DNA of 64,000 nt from Octopus sinensis. Lineage: Eukaryota. Positions 11,683 to 24,479 of this stretch are shown here, one piece after another. The stretch spans positions 20,460,001-20,524,000 of the forward strand of contig NC_043010.1 of assembly GCF_006345805.1 (NCBI RefSeq), given 5' to 3'. The position numbers and the translations under genes are program-made. Numbering within the stretch: position 1 is the first letter of the stretch; every line of letters starts with the position of its first letter. Below the pieces are notes generated by a model. The model was not told the origin of the DNA. It saw nothing but the letters and a program-made list of their open reading frames with translations, and did not search any database.

Positions 11683-12214
11683 ACATGTTGCCTGACAACC
11701 GATGCTGGTGTGTTTGCATCCCCGTAACTTAGCGGTTCAGCAAAAGAGACCAATAGAATAAGTACTAGGCTTACAAAGAATAAGTCCTGGGGTTGATTTG
11801 CTTAACTTAAGGTGGAGCTCCAGCATGGCCACAGTCACATGACTGAAACACACATTTCTATAAAGTGAATATATGAGTGAGAAAATGAGAGGAGAGGATT
11901 AGCAGATGTAAACCACTCTTCTCTGGCCCTTTTTCCTCGAAATAGCTGCCCAATTCCTTAATATCACATTGTATTGTCTTAACACAAGAAGGACCAACTG
12001 AACAATGCGACCCTTGACACTCAAAAAAGATGAGATCTTCAGGGATGGGATGCTCATAGCTGACCGAGGGTTAAACAACACAAACAACAGAAACCACCAC
12101 CACCACCACCATCACTACTGTCAACAGTACACCCTCGCCTCCACCATACCACAGAGCACATTGCAATGTAATGGTTGCTAAGCAAGCACAAGTTCAAATA
12201 ACAGTGACGATGAC

Positions 12215-12367
12215 GGACCCCCATTATCACCATCATCACCACTACCCCCACCACCACCTCTGTCACTGCCTCCGCCACTGCCTCCGCCACTGCCTCCGCC
12301 ACTGCCTCCACCTCTGCCTCCGCCACTGCCTATGCCATCACCTCCACCACCACTTCGGCTACCACTG

Positions 12368-12406
<39 letters not shown>

Positions 12407-12500
12407 ACACATCATCCTCATTGTCGTCCTCGTTGTCATCGTCCTCACCATCATCATCACCACCACCACCACCACCACCACCAGCATCGCATCCTATATC
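12215..12500. repeat. (CAC/CAT)n and 12-bp ctccgccactgc low-complexity repeat
   Basis: Direct inspection. Confidence 0.9.
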
Positions 12501-12921
12501 ATTCTCCTACCACTGATCCCCATTCCACCCCAACAGTTCAGCTGAGCATGTTTAAGCGTAATGGTTGCTAGGCAAGCTCAGTGAACTCAGGGAACAACAA
12601 CAACATATCACTACCACCACCACCACCACCACCATCACTACCACTACCATTGCTGTTGTCTCCACCCCCATCTAATAAAATAGCCTCTGCACAATTGCTC
12701 AAAATAGAAGCTAAATCCCCTCAGATTACATCTTGTATTACCTCAAAAAAATAAATAAATAAAGAATGCCTTTCGTTGGATTTCTGTAGTCATTGTTGAC
12801 TTGGGCTAAACAGTTGAAGTAATCATCCACTTCAATTGACGTATTTAATGCCTACTTGTAGTTCTATTATTATCATCATCATCATCATCATTATAAATAT
12901 TATCATTAATATTATTACTAA

Positions 12922-12966
<45 letters not shown>

Positions 12967-13534
12967 ATATATATATTATTATTATTATTATTTCTATTTC
13001 TACCTTGAAACAGGTTTCTTGATAAAAACATATTTACATTTAAAAGGGGCCCCAGTAGGAGAGGGTTACTGTGAGGGGTGGTAGTGAAATCAGTTTCAGA
13101 GGCATGCATGTACATGCGCTTATACGCACACAGATGCAGACACACTTATACGTACACAAATATAGAAGCACACACACACACACACACACACAATCACACG
13201 GCATACGCACATACTCACACTTACATACACATATATGCATATACACATGCCACAAACATGTGAACTTATGCACACACATTTGCATACATTTGCACCTACA
13301 CATGTATACATCCAGGTTTATTTACACACACATGCAGAAACACATAAAGACGTACACATACATATGTACTTAAATTTATACACACACACACATAGCATAC
13401 CTATACATGCATACAGATACATATGCACACATATATAAATGCATGCATACACACATATACATGTGTATATGTGTGCACATACACAAAAGCATATGCGTAC
13501 ACAAGCTCACACACATACGCATGCACATACATAA

Positions 13535-13860
13535 CTGGCGCTCTGCCGGTTACAATGACGAGGGTTCCAGTTCATCCTGTCAACGGAACAACCTGCTCAT
13601 AAAATTACGATGCAAGTGGCTGAGCACTCCACAGAGATGTGTAACCTTAATGTAGTTCCTGGGGAGATTCATCCTGACACAGAGTGTGACATGGCTGGCT
13701 CTTTGAATTAGGGGTACAACACATTTTTGCCAGCTGAGTGGACTGGAATAAAGTGAAATAAAGTGCCTTGCTCAAGAGCACAATGTGTTGCTGGCAATTG
13801 AACTCACAACCTGATGATCAAGAGTCAAGTACCCTAACCAGTAAGTCACGTGCCTTCACA
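13535..13860 (-). mobile_element. SINE family B
   Basis: Reverse complement of 4875-5182 and 15840-16120. Confidence 0.75.
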
Positions 13861-13877
13861 TACATGCCTATATACAA

Positions 13878-14270
13878 GGGGAGCTGGCAGAAAGGTTAGC
13901 ATGCCGGGCGAAATGAGTAGCTGTATTTCGTCTGCCGCTACGTTCTGAGTTGAAATTCTGCCGAGGTCGACTTTGCCTTTCGGGGTTGATAAATTAAGTA
14001 CCGGTTACGCACTGGGGTCGATGTAATCGACTTAATCCGCTTGTCTGTCCTTGTTTGTCCCCTCTGTGTTTAGCCCCTTGTGGGTAGTAAAGATATAGGT
14101 ATTTCGTCTGCAGTTACATTCTGAGTTCAAATTCCACCGAGGTTGACTTTGCCTTTCATTCTTTTGGGGTTGATTAAATAAGAACCAGTTACACACTGGG
14201 GTTGATGTAATCGACTTAATCCTTTTGTTTGTCCCCACTATGTTTATCCTCCTGTGGGCAATAAAGAAAT
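13878..14270 (+). mobile_element. SINE family C (Nin-like) with tandem partial duplication (second unit from ~14098)
   Basis: gagctggcagaa A box and gagtt.aaattc B box; gtatttcgtctg..ctggggtcgatgtaatcgacttaatcc occurs twice. Confidence 0.8.
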
Positions 14271-14389
14271 ATATATACAAACACATTCATACACATTCAT
14301 TCACATGCAGATGCACATATCTATAGTCACCTATACACACAGATAGGAACGAAATGCAAAGATTCTAACATGAAACATCTCTGTTTAGA

Positions 14390-15260
14390 AAAAGAATTTT
14401 CCAAGAGAGAGATCACCCTATTCAGTCTTCTGCTTGGTATTAACAACGTTAACCAACATGTTAAACCAAACTGGAATAAGATAAAATGCTTTGGGAGGAC
14501 AGTCAAACATCTTTTGTACATGGATTATGTTGCGTGATGCAGATGATAAAACAACTAGAAACACTGCTACACATAGTGCAAGGATTTATCAAAGAAATTG
14601 TAATAAGATTTGAATTAGAAAAATCCACTGAAACAAACTTAAAAGGAGAAAAATTAATTATCAACGTTAATGATATGTGAGATAAAGAGATGGAAATAAG
14701 AGAATTAGATGAAGCAAAGGTTTGCAAATATTTAAAAATTAAAGGAAAAGACAGTACACAATATAGATACAGAAAAGAAAAAGTAATGAAGTAATATTAT
14801 TGATATGTTAGATTGATATTTAAAGAGGGTTAAATGCAAAATATAAGGTAATAGGCTGTATTAAGCCAGCTATCAGAGTTATAAGTTATATTCTCAGTTG
14901 GATGAAAATGAACTAGCAAGACTAAGGAGAAAAACAAATGAAAAAACTGTTTTTTAATTTAGGAACAAACCAGAAAATTTGAGGAGAGGGGCTTAGTTTA
15001 ATCTATCAAGTCCTGTGCCTGACTGCTACTTTATTTTATTGACCATGAAAAGATAAAAAGCAACGTTGACCTCTGCAGGATTTGAACTTAGAAGTTTAAG
15101 GCTCTGAACAAATACTGCATAGCATTCCTTTTTTCTGATACTCTAACAGTTCTGTCACTTCACTGACTTAAACAAATACCCAAATAATGACTACTTTTAG
15201 AATATACACCACCCAAAATCTGACAAAGAAAGTTCATATTTACCCAGAAAGCAGGTTATT
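14390..15260 (+). pseudogene. Degenerate R4/Dong-like RT relic, interrupted by a family C SINE at ~14960-15170
   Basis: KHLLYMDY (cf. HLLYMDD), LETLLHIVQGFIKEIVIRFELEK, LNAKYKVIG and HHPKSDKESSYLPRK occur in collinear order. Confidence 0.6.
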
Positions 15261-15577
15261 ATGTAACCAGAAAACAATTGTGAAATGCTTGAACGATGAG
15301 AAAAATAGTTAATAAAGGAGAAGAAAATAAATAATAATAGAAACAGCTAGAGAATATAAACAAAACAGAAGACTATTTACTGTTGTTCAAGGAAGCCCAT
15401 AACAAGCTAACAATGGCTGAAGTGAGAGAGACTGGGCCAGAGAGAAAGGAGAAACAACAAGAGACATTGGGGGAAAAGTTAAAGATTAAACTAGAAATAG
15501 GCTTACAGGATGTCATGGTAAAGGAATGCCTGGAAAAAGCTCCAGTATGGGCTACAGCTGAAGAAACTGAATAGGAT

Positions 15578-15836
15578 GTATACAGATAAACAAGATAGAC
15601 AAATAGAGTATATATAGATAAACAGGGTGTATATAGATAAACAAGATAGACAAACAGAATATATATAGATAAACAGGGTGTATATAAACAAGATAGACAA
15701 ATAGAGTACATATAAACAGGGTGTATATAGATAAACAAGATAGACAAATAGAGTATATATAAACAGGGTGTATATAAACAAACAGGGTGTATATAGACAA
15801 ACAAGGTGTATATTGATAAATAGGGTGTATATAGAT
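15578..15836. repeat. Minisatellite of modular atagataaacagggtgtat / atagataaacaagatagacaaatagagt units
   Basis: Repeated units visible directly; source of ORFs 15373-15849 and neighbours. Confidence 0.85.
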
Positions 15837-15837
15837 A

Positions 15838-16122
15838 GTGAAGGTGCATGGCTTAATGGTTAGGGGATTTGGCTCATGATCATAGGGTCATGAGTTCAAT
15901 ACCCAGAAGCTCATTGAGTTCTTGAGTAAGATACTTTATTGCGTGTTGCTCCAGTCAACTCAGCTGGCAAAAATGAGCTGTACCTGTAATATTGAAGGGG
16001 CCAGCCTTGTCACACTCTGTGTCCAACTGAATCTCCCTGGGAACTATGTTAAGGGTATGCATGTCTGTGGAGTACTCAGCCACTTGTACATTAATTTCAT
16101 GAGCAGGCTGTACCGTTGATCT
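15838..16122 (+). mobile_element. SINE family B
   Basis: tggcttaatggtta A box, gagttcaatacc B box, body as 4875-5182. Confidence 0.75.
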
Positions 16123-16339
16123 GATGTTTCATAAAGATTTTGTTGTACTACTTGGTGTAAAAGAAGATTTGCTCCACTGTTGTCCTTCCATAAGCAGAGA
16201 TTTATAATTTTTCTCTTTGCCTTCCATTCTAAATTGGTTCCTACAGCAAAGAAATGCTGTTGAGTTTTACAAAACTCTCCAACCTACATATTTTTCTTAT
16301 AACTGTGAATAACTGTAAATATTCATGTTTTTCTTATAA

Positions 16340-16897
16340 GCAGCGTCGCCTTACTGGCACTTGAGCCCCGTGCTAGTAGGGTATTAAGAGCACCATCCAA
16401 GCGTGATTGTTACTAGAGCAGCTATCTGGCCTCCGTGCCAGTGACACGTAAAAGGCACCATTCGAGCATGCTCGTTACCAGCATTGCCTTACTGGCACTC
16501 GAGTCCCATGCTAGTAGGTTATTAAGAGCACCATCCGAGCATGATCATTGCCAGAGCGGCTATCTGGCCTCTGTGCCGATGGCATGTAAAAGACACCATT
16601 CAAGCACGACCGTTAACAGCATCACCTTACTGGCACCTGTGCCGGTGGCATGTGTAAAAGATTCGAGCAAGGTCCTTGCCAGTACTGCCTGACTGGCCCT
16701 GTGCCAGTGGCACGTAAAAAGCACCCACAACACTCTCGGAGTGGTTGGCATTAGGAAGGGCATCCAGCTGTAGAAACTCTGCCAGATCAAGATTGAAGCC
16801 TGGTGCAGCCATCTGGTTCACCAGCCCTCAGTCATTCGTCCAACCCATGCTAGCATGGAAAGCGGATATTAAACGATGATGATGATGATGATGATGA
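16340..16897 (+). mobile_element. RTE LINE 3' UTR with internal subrepeats and (GAT)n tail
   Basis: Repeated ggcacgtaaaaagcacc modules; ends catggaaagcggatattaaacgatgatgat. Confidence 0.85.
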
Positions 16898-17426
16898 AAT
16901 CTAAAAAAATTCTGTTTGTTTAGTTTGTATTAAGAGAAGACTTACTTTAACACAACAACTTTATGAATGGATTATAGTGTTTGACTTTTGTGTAAGAGTT
17001 GTTACAGCAGTTGTTGTTGATACTTCTATCACTATCTTAAAAATTATCTGTTTGAGCATTTGGAATATTTTTTTTCTGTTATAAGGTCCATTAAACTGTC
17101 CATTTTTTCACTTCTTTTGCTTTTGTGTTCCTTGTGTCTTGCTCTTGTAATGCTCAGTTTTGTAGCATAAGATAATTTTGGTAACTGCTTCAGATGTGGA
17201 AACATAATGTGTATAAATATAAATTAAAGTTTGTAAAATAACCCCTTTTTTGTTTTTTTTTGTTTGTTTTTTGTTTTCTATTCTTTAGGTAATTATAGCT
17301 TTTTCATGAGGCATTCTCAAGAGATTTTCATTTGGTAATGCTTGAATAAATCTTGTCTTGAAGAGAGATGGAAATGATGACTTTTTTGTTTTTTAACAAA
17401 AGTTGAACACAACAACAATGATAGGA

Positions 17427-17489
<63 letters not shown>

Positions 17490-17529
17490 GCAGCAACAAC
17501 CACAACAACATCAATAAAATGCAGTAAGC

Positions 17530-18059
17530 TTGCACAAGACCGCCTCACTAAAAGAGTGTCTAGAGATGTTAGACAAGTGTGTAAATTGAAAGTGAGAGAA
17601 AAATGGTAGGAGTGCCAGCGAGAAGCTCAAATGGTGAATTATAATAGCAGGATTTTATAGGATGTCTTCATAAAAGCTGGTTATAATAATGAAACAAGGA
17701 GACTAGATATGATTGAAGAAAAACTGTAAGACCTAGACTTTGCAATGGCAAATGGTAAAAGGGTGGAGGAAAAACGAAATTGAGAAATGTGAGAAATATG
17801 AAGATCTAGCCAGAAAGAGACTGGAAGACAAAGACGAGAATTGATCCCATGGTAGACTGGTGCATTTGGCACAAAACTCAATCTGTTACCTAAAAGACTG
17901 AAAAGATTATCTACATTGTTTACATTGGATAGATATTTGTCCTCATTTTGTTTGTTGTTAACACAACGTTTCAGCTGATATACCCCCCAGCCTTCATCAG
18001 GTACCTTGGGGAAATTTCGAACCTGGGTTCTCATTCCTAAGGTGTTTTTCGATGTTATA

Positions 18060-18123
<64 letters not shown>

Positions 18124-18248
18124 TCACTGTCTAGAATCAAACTCAGAATCTTGGGCATATGGCGTAGTGGTTAAGTGCATTTTAGACCTGTAGAAAAGTG
18201 CAATTCTATATTCTGCAAGAATCCTAAGAAAAATTCTTGAGATTTGAA
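17530..18248 (+). pseudogene. R4/Dong-like RLE relic interrupted by the HHR-SINE
   Basis: RRLDMI..DFAMANGKRVEEK..KYEDLARK..TGAFGTKLNLLPKRLKR, resuming after ~18180 as LDL*KSAILYSARILRKILEI*; preceded by (TAA)n at 17428-17490. Confidence 0.7.
17909..18178 (-). mobile_element. HHR-SINE (tRNA-like head plus hammerhead-bearing body), extreme 5' end inverted
   Basis: Homologous to 60218-60470; HHR at 17960-18005 with intact CUGAUGA/GAAA; head start gggcatatggcgtagtggttaag is present on the plus strand at 18153-18178. Confidence 0.8.
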
Positions 18249-18540
18249 GAGAATGTGGTCACCAAACCTCAAAACAACATCCTTGCTAACTAATATAGCA
18301 GGTAATAGTGATGATGATGACAACGACAACAACAACAATAATAATTATACTTCTACTATGGGTACAAGGCCTGAAATTTTGGGGGAGGGGCCAGTTGATT
18401 AGATTGATCTCAGTACACAACTGGTACTTAATTTATCTACCGGAAAAGGATGAAAAGCAAAATTGACCTTGGTGGAACCATAATAATGATGATGATGATA
18501 ACAACAACAACAAAACAATAATAATGATGATAATAACAAT

Positions 18541-18732
18541 AGGCGCAGGAGTGACTGTGTGGTAAGTAGCTTGCTTACCAACCACATGGTTCCGGGTTCA
18601 TTCCCACTGCGTGGAACCTTGGGCAAGTGTCTTCTACTATAGCCTCGGGCCAACCAAAGCCTTGTGAGTGGATTTGGTAGATGGAAACTGAAGGAAGACC
18701 GTCGTATATATGTATATACATATGTATGTATG

Positions 18733-18763
<31 letters not shown>

Positions 18764-18987
18764 GTGTGTGTATATGTTTGTGTCTGTTTGTCCCTCCAAC
18801 ATCGCTTGACAACTGATGCTGGTGTGTTTACGTCCCTGTAACTTAGCGGTTCGGCAAAAGAGACCGATAGAATAAGTACTAGGCTTACAAAGAATAAGTC
18901 CTGGGGTTGATTTGCTCGACTAAAGGTGGTGTTCCAGCATGGCCGCAGTCAAATGACTGAAACAAGTAAAAGAGAGTAAAAGAGAGT
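18541..18987 (+). mobile_element. SINE family A, full length (tRNA-derived CORE-like SINE resembling octopus OR-type SINEs)
   Basis: Head aggcgcaggagtg.ctgtgtggtaag, B box gggttcattccc, CORE-like ccttgggcaagtgtctt, central (TA/TG)n, tail gtaaaagagagtaaaagag. Confidence 0.85.
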
Positions 18988-19114
18988 AACAGCTACAATA
19001 AGGATTTCCTTTATTGGTCACAAGAACCCAAGACATTGAGAACAATACAAGAATGAAATACGAATGTATAATACAAGATAACAGTGTGTTTATATCATGT
19101 AAAATGAAATCAAC

Positions 19115-19487
19115 AAAAACAAGAGGACTCTGAGAGCACAAACTTCTACGAAGGCAACACCAACATCCTCTCAACGATTAGCCAGAGATGATTTTTAAAA
19201 TGAGAATATCTGAAACAAACCCCACTGCTCTCACAAACGAGAATACTAAAAATGAACCTGACCGCTTTCAAAAATTAAGTAAAAAACCAGGAAAAATAAT
19301 CCAGAACCCTTGTCTGGTAGCAGATCAAACCCAAAATCTAATCAGTTTGTGCCAGTCATGAGGTGAAATACCTCTGAAAGTTTCATCCAAATCCATCCAG
19401 TGGTTCTTGAGATATTTTATCCATGTACAAACAAACATGAGTGGAAACAAAACCTCTGCCTTAGCGAAGGTAGAGGTAATAATAATG

Positions 19488-19521
<34 letters not shown>

Positions 19522-19903
19522 CAACAACAACAAGAGCACTCAGAGAGTGCAAACCTCCACCAAGGCAACACCAATGTCCTCTCAACAATTAGCCAGAGAT
19601 GATTTTAAAAATGAGAATATCTGAAATAAACTCGACTGCTCTCACTAATGAGAATACTAATAATGAACCTGACCGCTCTCAAAAGTTAAGTAAAAAAAGA
19701 AAAAAATAGGAAAAATAATCCAGAATTCTTGTCCGGTACTGGATCAATCCCAAAATCTAATCAGTCCATGCCAGTTATGAAGCCAAACATCACTGAAAGT
19801 TTCATCCAAATTCATCCAGTTGTTCTTGAGATATCTTGTCCACAGACAAACAAACAAACACAACTGAAAACAATACCTCCACCTTCGCTAAGGCAGATGT
19901 AAT
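19115..19903. mobile_element. Two adjacent non-autonomous Helentron/DINE-1-like elements (19115-19480 and 19529-19903)
   Basis: Both start aacaagag, share the body, and end in a hairpin acctc.gcctt..c.aagg.agaggtaa; the second has a subterminal (CAAA)n. Confidence 0.55.
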
Positions 19904-20039
19904 AAAGGATAAAAGTAAAAATTCAACCAAAAAAGAAAAAAAATTTCCCAGTAGTAGAGAAAAGCCTTCTAAAAAAATTAGGTGACCCCCACCCCATCCT
20001 TGGCCTTTATTCAAGGCATCAAATGTGCTCTCTCTTCTG

Positions 20040-20907
20040 GATGTTTTCTTCTTCCTCAGAAAAGTAAGTTCAAAGTAGACCAGTCGCATTTCTCACATCC
20101 ATCTTTCGTTAAATACACCAGAAGGCACCATCTTCCTCTCAACCCTTATATTTCTCTTCAAGTAATACTTGAAGAAGTTAATGAGATCTTGGTCAGAGAA
20201 GAAGATTCCTATTTTGAATTCCTTTCAGGTGAGATCACCATTTCTTTCACTGTAGCCACCAGAGAGAAGAAAGACTGACTGCCCTTCCCTGCAGACATTT
20301 CCTCTAGATTTAGCTAATATCCTACATGTGACAACAGCTGTTTAATGCTTGTCTACATGTCAGTAATGCACAGGAACTGCACAATAGCATGTCAGCATGG
20401 TTTTATTCCCTTGTATGCACTTCAAACAGGTTTGGCTGCTGGTACTTCCATGCTTAGTGCTTTAGGATTTAAACTGGCCCTAAATATTCTGCCTGCTTTA
20501 TGTTCAAATTGGCCAGGGTTATATATCCATCCATCCATCCATCCATCCAACCATACACACACACACACACACATACATACATATATACATACATATCATA
20601 TATATATGCATATGTATACATACATACACAAACAAGGATGATTGCTTTTCAATCTTAATATATGAAAAAAACTCAGTTATTATGATAATAATCTTTATTA
20701 AATATGGAAAAAGTGTCCGTGTGATGCCATGTAACAACACCCAACACACTGTGTAAAGTGGTTGGTGTTAGAAGGGACAAACAGACAGCTGTAGAAATCA
20801 GGCCGAAGCAGATTGGAACCTGGTGCAGCTTCCAAGCTTAAGCCAGCTCTGGTCATACTATCCAGCTCATGCCAGCATGGACACAAACATTAAATGATGA
20901 TGACAAT

Positions 20908-20948
<41 letters not shown>

Positions 20949-21335
20949 CACACACACACACACAGACACACACACATATCCCTTTAGCTTTTGAATTAGC
21001 CATATCCAAAGTCCAGATCCAGCTTCTCACACTTACTCTACAATGTTATTCTAAAAATGAATAAACAGGCGTAGAAGTGGCTGTGTGGTAAGTAGCTTGC
21101 TTACCAGCCACATAGTTCCGGGTTCAGAACTTGATCAAGAAGTTGGACTGTGAAAAGACAAGCTGGCTTCAGGCTGCCAGTCACTATTGCAGTGGTCAAG
21201 ATATTTCTGCAGATGCATCAGCTGCAGAGTGGACCTGCACATAATCTGTGATGGCATCCCAAGACCAACAATAGAAAAAGTATGTGCTCCAGTTTGGCCA
21301 CATGGCTCTTTGGTCAAAGCACAATGGTCAGGGGG
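20040..21335 (-). pseudogene. Old Tx1/L1-like LINE ORF2 relics (20040-20290 and 21135-21335)
   Basis: DLINFFKYYLKRNIRVERKMVPSGVFNERW matches the peptide at 29300-29410; GLGMPSQIMCRSTLQLMHLQKYLD resembles the L1/Tx1 GGLG block; the two pieces are in the expected order. Confidence 0.5.
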
Positions 21336-21439
21336 TAATTTTCACCACTAAGAGAATGGAGTCTCACTTGGCATTAGCATCTACAGCCAACATTTCATAA
21401 TAATAATAAAATAATAATAATAATAATAATGACGACGAC

Positions 21440-21496
<57 letters not shown>

Positions 21497-21708
21497 AATA
21501 ATGTTCAATTTTCTCTGATACTATATATATTTTTTAATTATGAAAAACTGAAAATTTCAAACATATGTGAATACACAAACACACACCAAGTTATACATAA
21601 TTAAATCTGAATATATACACACATATATCTGAATATATATTTTATACATATGTTATTATACATATATATGTATGTATGGGTATATATATATGTGTGTATA
21701 TATGTATG

Positions 21709-21740
<32 letters not shown>

Positions 21741-21764
21741 ATGTATGTATATATATATAATATT

Positions 21765-21796
<32 letters not shown>

Positions 21797-22711
21797 TGTA
21801 TGTATGTATGTGCATGCATGTGTATCTATGTGTGTGTTTGTGTTTACATGTGTTTTTGTCTTAAGCTAATTTTTTTAAATGTGTCAGCATTGCAGCTCCA
21901 TAAACAAATATGGTCTCCATACAAAATGCCATTATCACCACCACCATCATCATCGCCACCACCACTGTCCTCTTCGTCGTCGTCCTCATCATAATTATTG
22001 TTTCATGTTGACTCATGAAATAAAAAACAAACAGCAACTGAAGGATACAGCATCGTTTTAGATCAGTTAATAACAATGTTGTAGGTGGTGGAGGTGGTGG
22101 TGATGGCGGTGGTACGATGGTATGGGTGTAGAGGTACGGGCGATGGGGGAGGGGATGCAGTTGGCGTAGCTTGGTGAAATATTAGGAAAACAAAAACAAA
22201 CAAAAACAAACAAAAGGGTGTTAATAGAATTGTTAAATCAGCAAATTGTAAAAACAACAACAAAAACAATAACAACAACAACAAACATCTGAGAAAAACC
22301 ATTATTTCAAAAGCCTTTACATCCTGTGGAACCCCCTCCTCCTCCCTTGTTCCACTTATCTTCCTCTAACCGCCACCACTACTGCCACCATCACCACCGC
22401 CGCCATCACCACCACTCTCCCACCATCATCACGAACAGCAGTAACAACAGCAACAATAATAACGACAGAATCGGCAGCACCACCACCGCCACCACCATGA
22501 CCAACACCAACAACAACTGCAGCAACTTACCAGAGTACCACGACCACCACCACCAACACAGACAACAACAGCAGCAACAATGATTATAACAGCAGGATCT
22601 CGTTATAAATTGTGGAATGGGTGGAGAAGATACGTTCAGCTACCGGTGTTTGTATTTGCTTATGAAGATGGGTAGCTGGGAGGGTGGATGTACAAACACA
22701 CACACACGCAC

Positions 22712-22744
<33 letters not shown>

Positions 22745-23346
22745 TCCATGTGCATACAAAGATACCAAACGCATAAACCGATACATGTATGGCGTGTACA
22801 CACCCAAACATAACTACTTGAAAACAAGTGCGCACGCAAACACACATGTAGAAGAAAACAGGTGCATACATATACTCATATATGCACATATACACACATG
22901 CAAAAACTTGCATACATACACACACACACATGCACACAAGCATGCACTGATGCTTGTGGATATACAACATGCATGTGTACATACATAGACACACATGCAC
23001 ATGTATGTTAAATTAATTGAGATACAAATGCGGAAATATATATGCGTGCATATGCACAACGACATGTGTATACTAACATAAACATATGCACACATATGGT
23101 GCTGATGTACATACATATACACACATATATATACACACAGACAAAGGACTTATACATGGGCATATGCAAATGGGTGCATGTGCATTTATGTGCAAACACA
23201 TGACTACATGTACACATACACACACACATACACACATGCATCCGTGCACGCACACACACAAATACACAAACACACATGCATACACACATGGGCATTATAC
23301 ACATACACAAACACACATCCACCCACTCGTAGGTGTTAAAATGATG

Positions 23347-23379
<33 letters not shown>

Positions 23380-23381
<2 letters not shown>

Positions 23382-23590
23382 TTCTACTGGAAGCACAAGG
23401 CCTCAAATTTGGGGGAAGGGATTCAGTTGATTACATCAACTCCAGTACATAACTGGTATTTATTTAATTGACCCTGAAAGGATGAATGACAAAGTCGACC
23501 CCAGTGGAATTTGAACACAGAACATAGTGCCAGGCGAAATACCGCTAAGCATTTCATCCGGTGTGCTAATGACTCTGCCAGCTCGCTGCC

Positions 23591-23592
<2 letters not shown>
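23380..23592 (-). mobile_element. SINE family C in (TAA)n
   Basis: Reverse complement of 42786-43005; (TAA)n on both sides. Confidence 0.8.
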
Positions 23593-23652
<60 letters not shown>

Positions 23653-23694
23653 TATAATAATAATGATAATAATGATAATAATAATAATAATAAT

Positions 23695-24154
23695 AAAGAT
23701 GGGCTACAGCAAATATTCTGCTCAATACCACAGATTTGCTTGTCAGTTGTTTGACCGTAACCAGTTGAGCATGTCCTTAGTGGCTGACGATATGTGCATC
23801 TCTGATCATGAGCAGAAGTAGTGGGGGAGCATCATAGCCATGTGTGAGAGGGATTCTTGGGGTTTGAATAGTTCACCTCTGGAAACATGGGTGGTTCTTT
23901 CAACATCCTTAAACAACCCTTATTCAGGGACCGTTTGAGCGGATGGGCTACTCAACCTGAAGAAAATTCTAACTGGGCCCCACCTGCAAGGTCATGTGCT
24001 GTTTATCTTGATATGAGATCACCATGTCGCGCACATATGGTTGTGATGCATGTGTCTGGTGTACCTTTATCAGACGGGTAGTCATGATAGGTATATTGGG
24101 CTTCGTATATTTTACCCCAGTGTCACTTTGATGGCATGAACTGCTCTCTCACTC

Positions 24155-24155
<1 letters not shown>
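23695..24155 (+). mobile_element. (TAA)n-associated repeat, longest copy
   Basis: Flanked by (AAT)n on both sides; other copies at 1-352 (-), 2903-3135 and 24751-24950. Confidence 0.75.
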
Positions 24156-24192
<37 letters not shown>

Positions 24193-24260
24193 TAATAATA
24201 ATAATAATATTATTAATAATAATAACGAAGGACCCATCAATAGTCAAGAAATAAGGCATA

Positions 24261-24479
24261 AAGATAGATAGATACGACCCTGTTAAGTACGAAATAGTTT
24301 GGCTATGGAAAATGAAGAAGGTGAAGATAGTGCCAATCATTGTTGGGTTCTTGGGAACAGTAACAGAAGGCATCAAGGGGAATATAAAGGAAATTGGAAT
24401 AGAATGCCCAATAGAACTGTTACAAAAGGCTTGCCTCCTTGGCACGGCCAGAATAATCAGGAAAGTATTAGATTGCTGA
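24261..24479 (+). pseudogene. R4/Dong-like RLE C-terminus (5'-truncated insertion in (TAA)n)
   Basis: Open frame KIDRYDPVKYEIVWLWKMKKVKIVPIIVGFLGTV..IELLQKACLLGTARIIRKVLDC*; (AAT)n at 24155-24223 and 24571-24583. Confidence 0.85.

Larger units (their letters stand above)
8677..11850 (+). mobile_element. SINE family A split by the RTE LINE insertion (5' half 8677-8850, 3' half ~11688-11850)
   Basis: Halves collinear with 18541-18987; the LINE lies in the central (TA)n. Confidence 0.8.

Noticed and set aside
15578-15836. Repeat array superficially like CRISPR
   Set aside because: No unique spacers, eukaryotic context and no cas genes; it is a minisatellite
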